Below, one piece after another: positions 63,031 through 64,000 of a stretch of 64,000 bases of DNA (positions within the stretch are counted from its first letter, which is position 1; every line of letters begins with the position of its first letter). The stretch lies in NCBI RefSeq assembly GCF_009914755.1, contig NC_060933.1; one strand, written 5' to 3'. Origin of the DNA: the human T2T-CHM13v2.0 reference genome, Homo sapiens. The notes under the pieces were generated by a model. It searched no databases. It saw nothing but the letters and a program-made list of their open reading frames with translations, and was not told the origin of the DNA. Position numbers and translations under genes: made by a program.

Positions 63031-64000
63031 TGGATTAGCCCATGTGTAGCCCCAAGTCCAGGGTCCCACTGGGAACCTGAGCCGTGTTCAGGCCTAGGAT
63101 CCAGACCAGTGTGGGGGGCTGGAGGGACTTGAATAAATGGCAGAAAGAATTGAGGTTCATGAGCAATGGGCAAGTGAAACACGCTGCATGGTGTTGGTTG
63201 CCTGGGCTGTCCTCAGCCCCAGCCCCATAGACCAGAGCTGAGCCCTGGAAGACGAAGTTCCAAAGATCAGTGACACTCAGAGCTCCAGGTGTGGGGCCCA
63301 GGCAGCTCTGCTCTGGGTGACCGGGCTGCAGCGGTGGGGTGGGGAGTGAAGACAGCTCTCTCCCTGGGGTCCCCGTTGGAGGCCACGCATGGCTGGGGTG
63401 CCAGAGGTCCAGATGTGGTCATGCAGGAATGCCAGCCTCCCTGGAGCTTGGGTGGTCTCTGCTGCAGGCATCAGCAGTCAGAAGCAGCATCAGAGAGGGA
63501 AAACAGCCGATGCCAGCCGGCACCTGTGGAGCACATGTGAGTTACCTTCCAGGGCGTCCCTGCACTAACTGGGGTCTGAGGTTCTTCTAGTGGTGGTAGA
63601 GCCAGAGAAATATGACGATGTGACATCTACCCCCCACTAGAATGTCCTCAGGAGGCACAGGTTCCTCCTGCAGGCAATCCAAGCTGAGGACCAGACCCTG
63701 GGGAGAACACTGTGGTTCAACATTCAGTTCCGAGGACTTGTGGTTTTTCTGGGGCCTGGTGTGATGTTAGATTGAGAACAAGCTTTGCTCCTTGACAAAG
63801 GACTCCCCTCCAGCAGACAGCAGCCCTGACCGAAACAGCCTGCTGTGCCAACAATGCCATCGTTGCGAGAAGCATTAGGACCTGGGAACTTGCACTTAAT
63901 AGGTAATAAAATGATTATGAGAAATGCAGTAAAAATCATGTCAATGTGTGGAGGAAGAAGCTAGTATCACTCGACAAATATGCTTCCTTTACACTTGCAG

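Overview
Human (primate) genomic DNA, repeat-rich and apparently intergenic; I can support no exon of a cellular protein-coding gene. The dominant feature is a full-length + strand LINE-1 (about 50277-56307) with L1HS Ta-1nd diagnostic bases, intact ORF1, ORF2 and antisense ORF0, and a target-site duplication (TSD), so it is a candidate retrotransposition-competent source element. Also present: a 5'-truncated processed PSMA7 pseudogene; solo LTRs with exact TSDs (LTR12F-like, MER52-like, LTR12C, THE1D/MSTA-like); about 20 Alus; old L1, L2, MIR, MLT and hAT elements, several of them nested; and simple repeats. From memory, a PSMA7 pseudogene plus an intact L1HS suggests chr9q22.3 near PTCH1; this is unverified and needs BLAT. 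I found no new multi-gene system. The best leads are the private variants of the L1HS, an A>G-skewed retrocopy, perfect GLI and CRE motifs, a back-to-back LTR pair, and several retrotransposition scars. Repeat family names and consensus comparisons come from memory and need Dfam/RepeatMasker confirmation.
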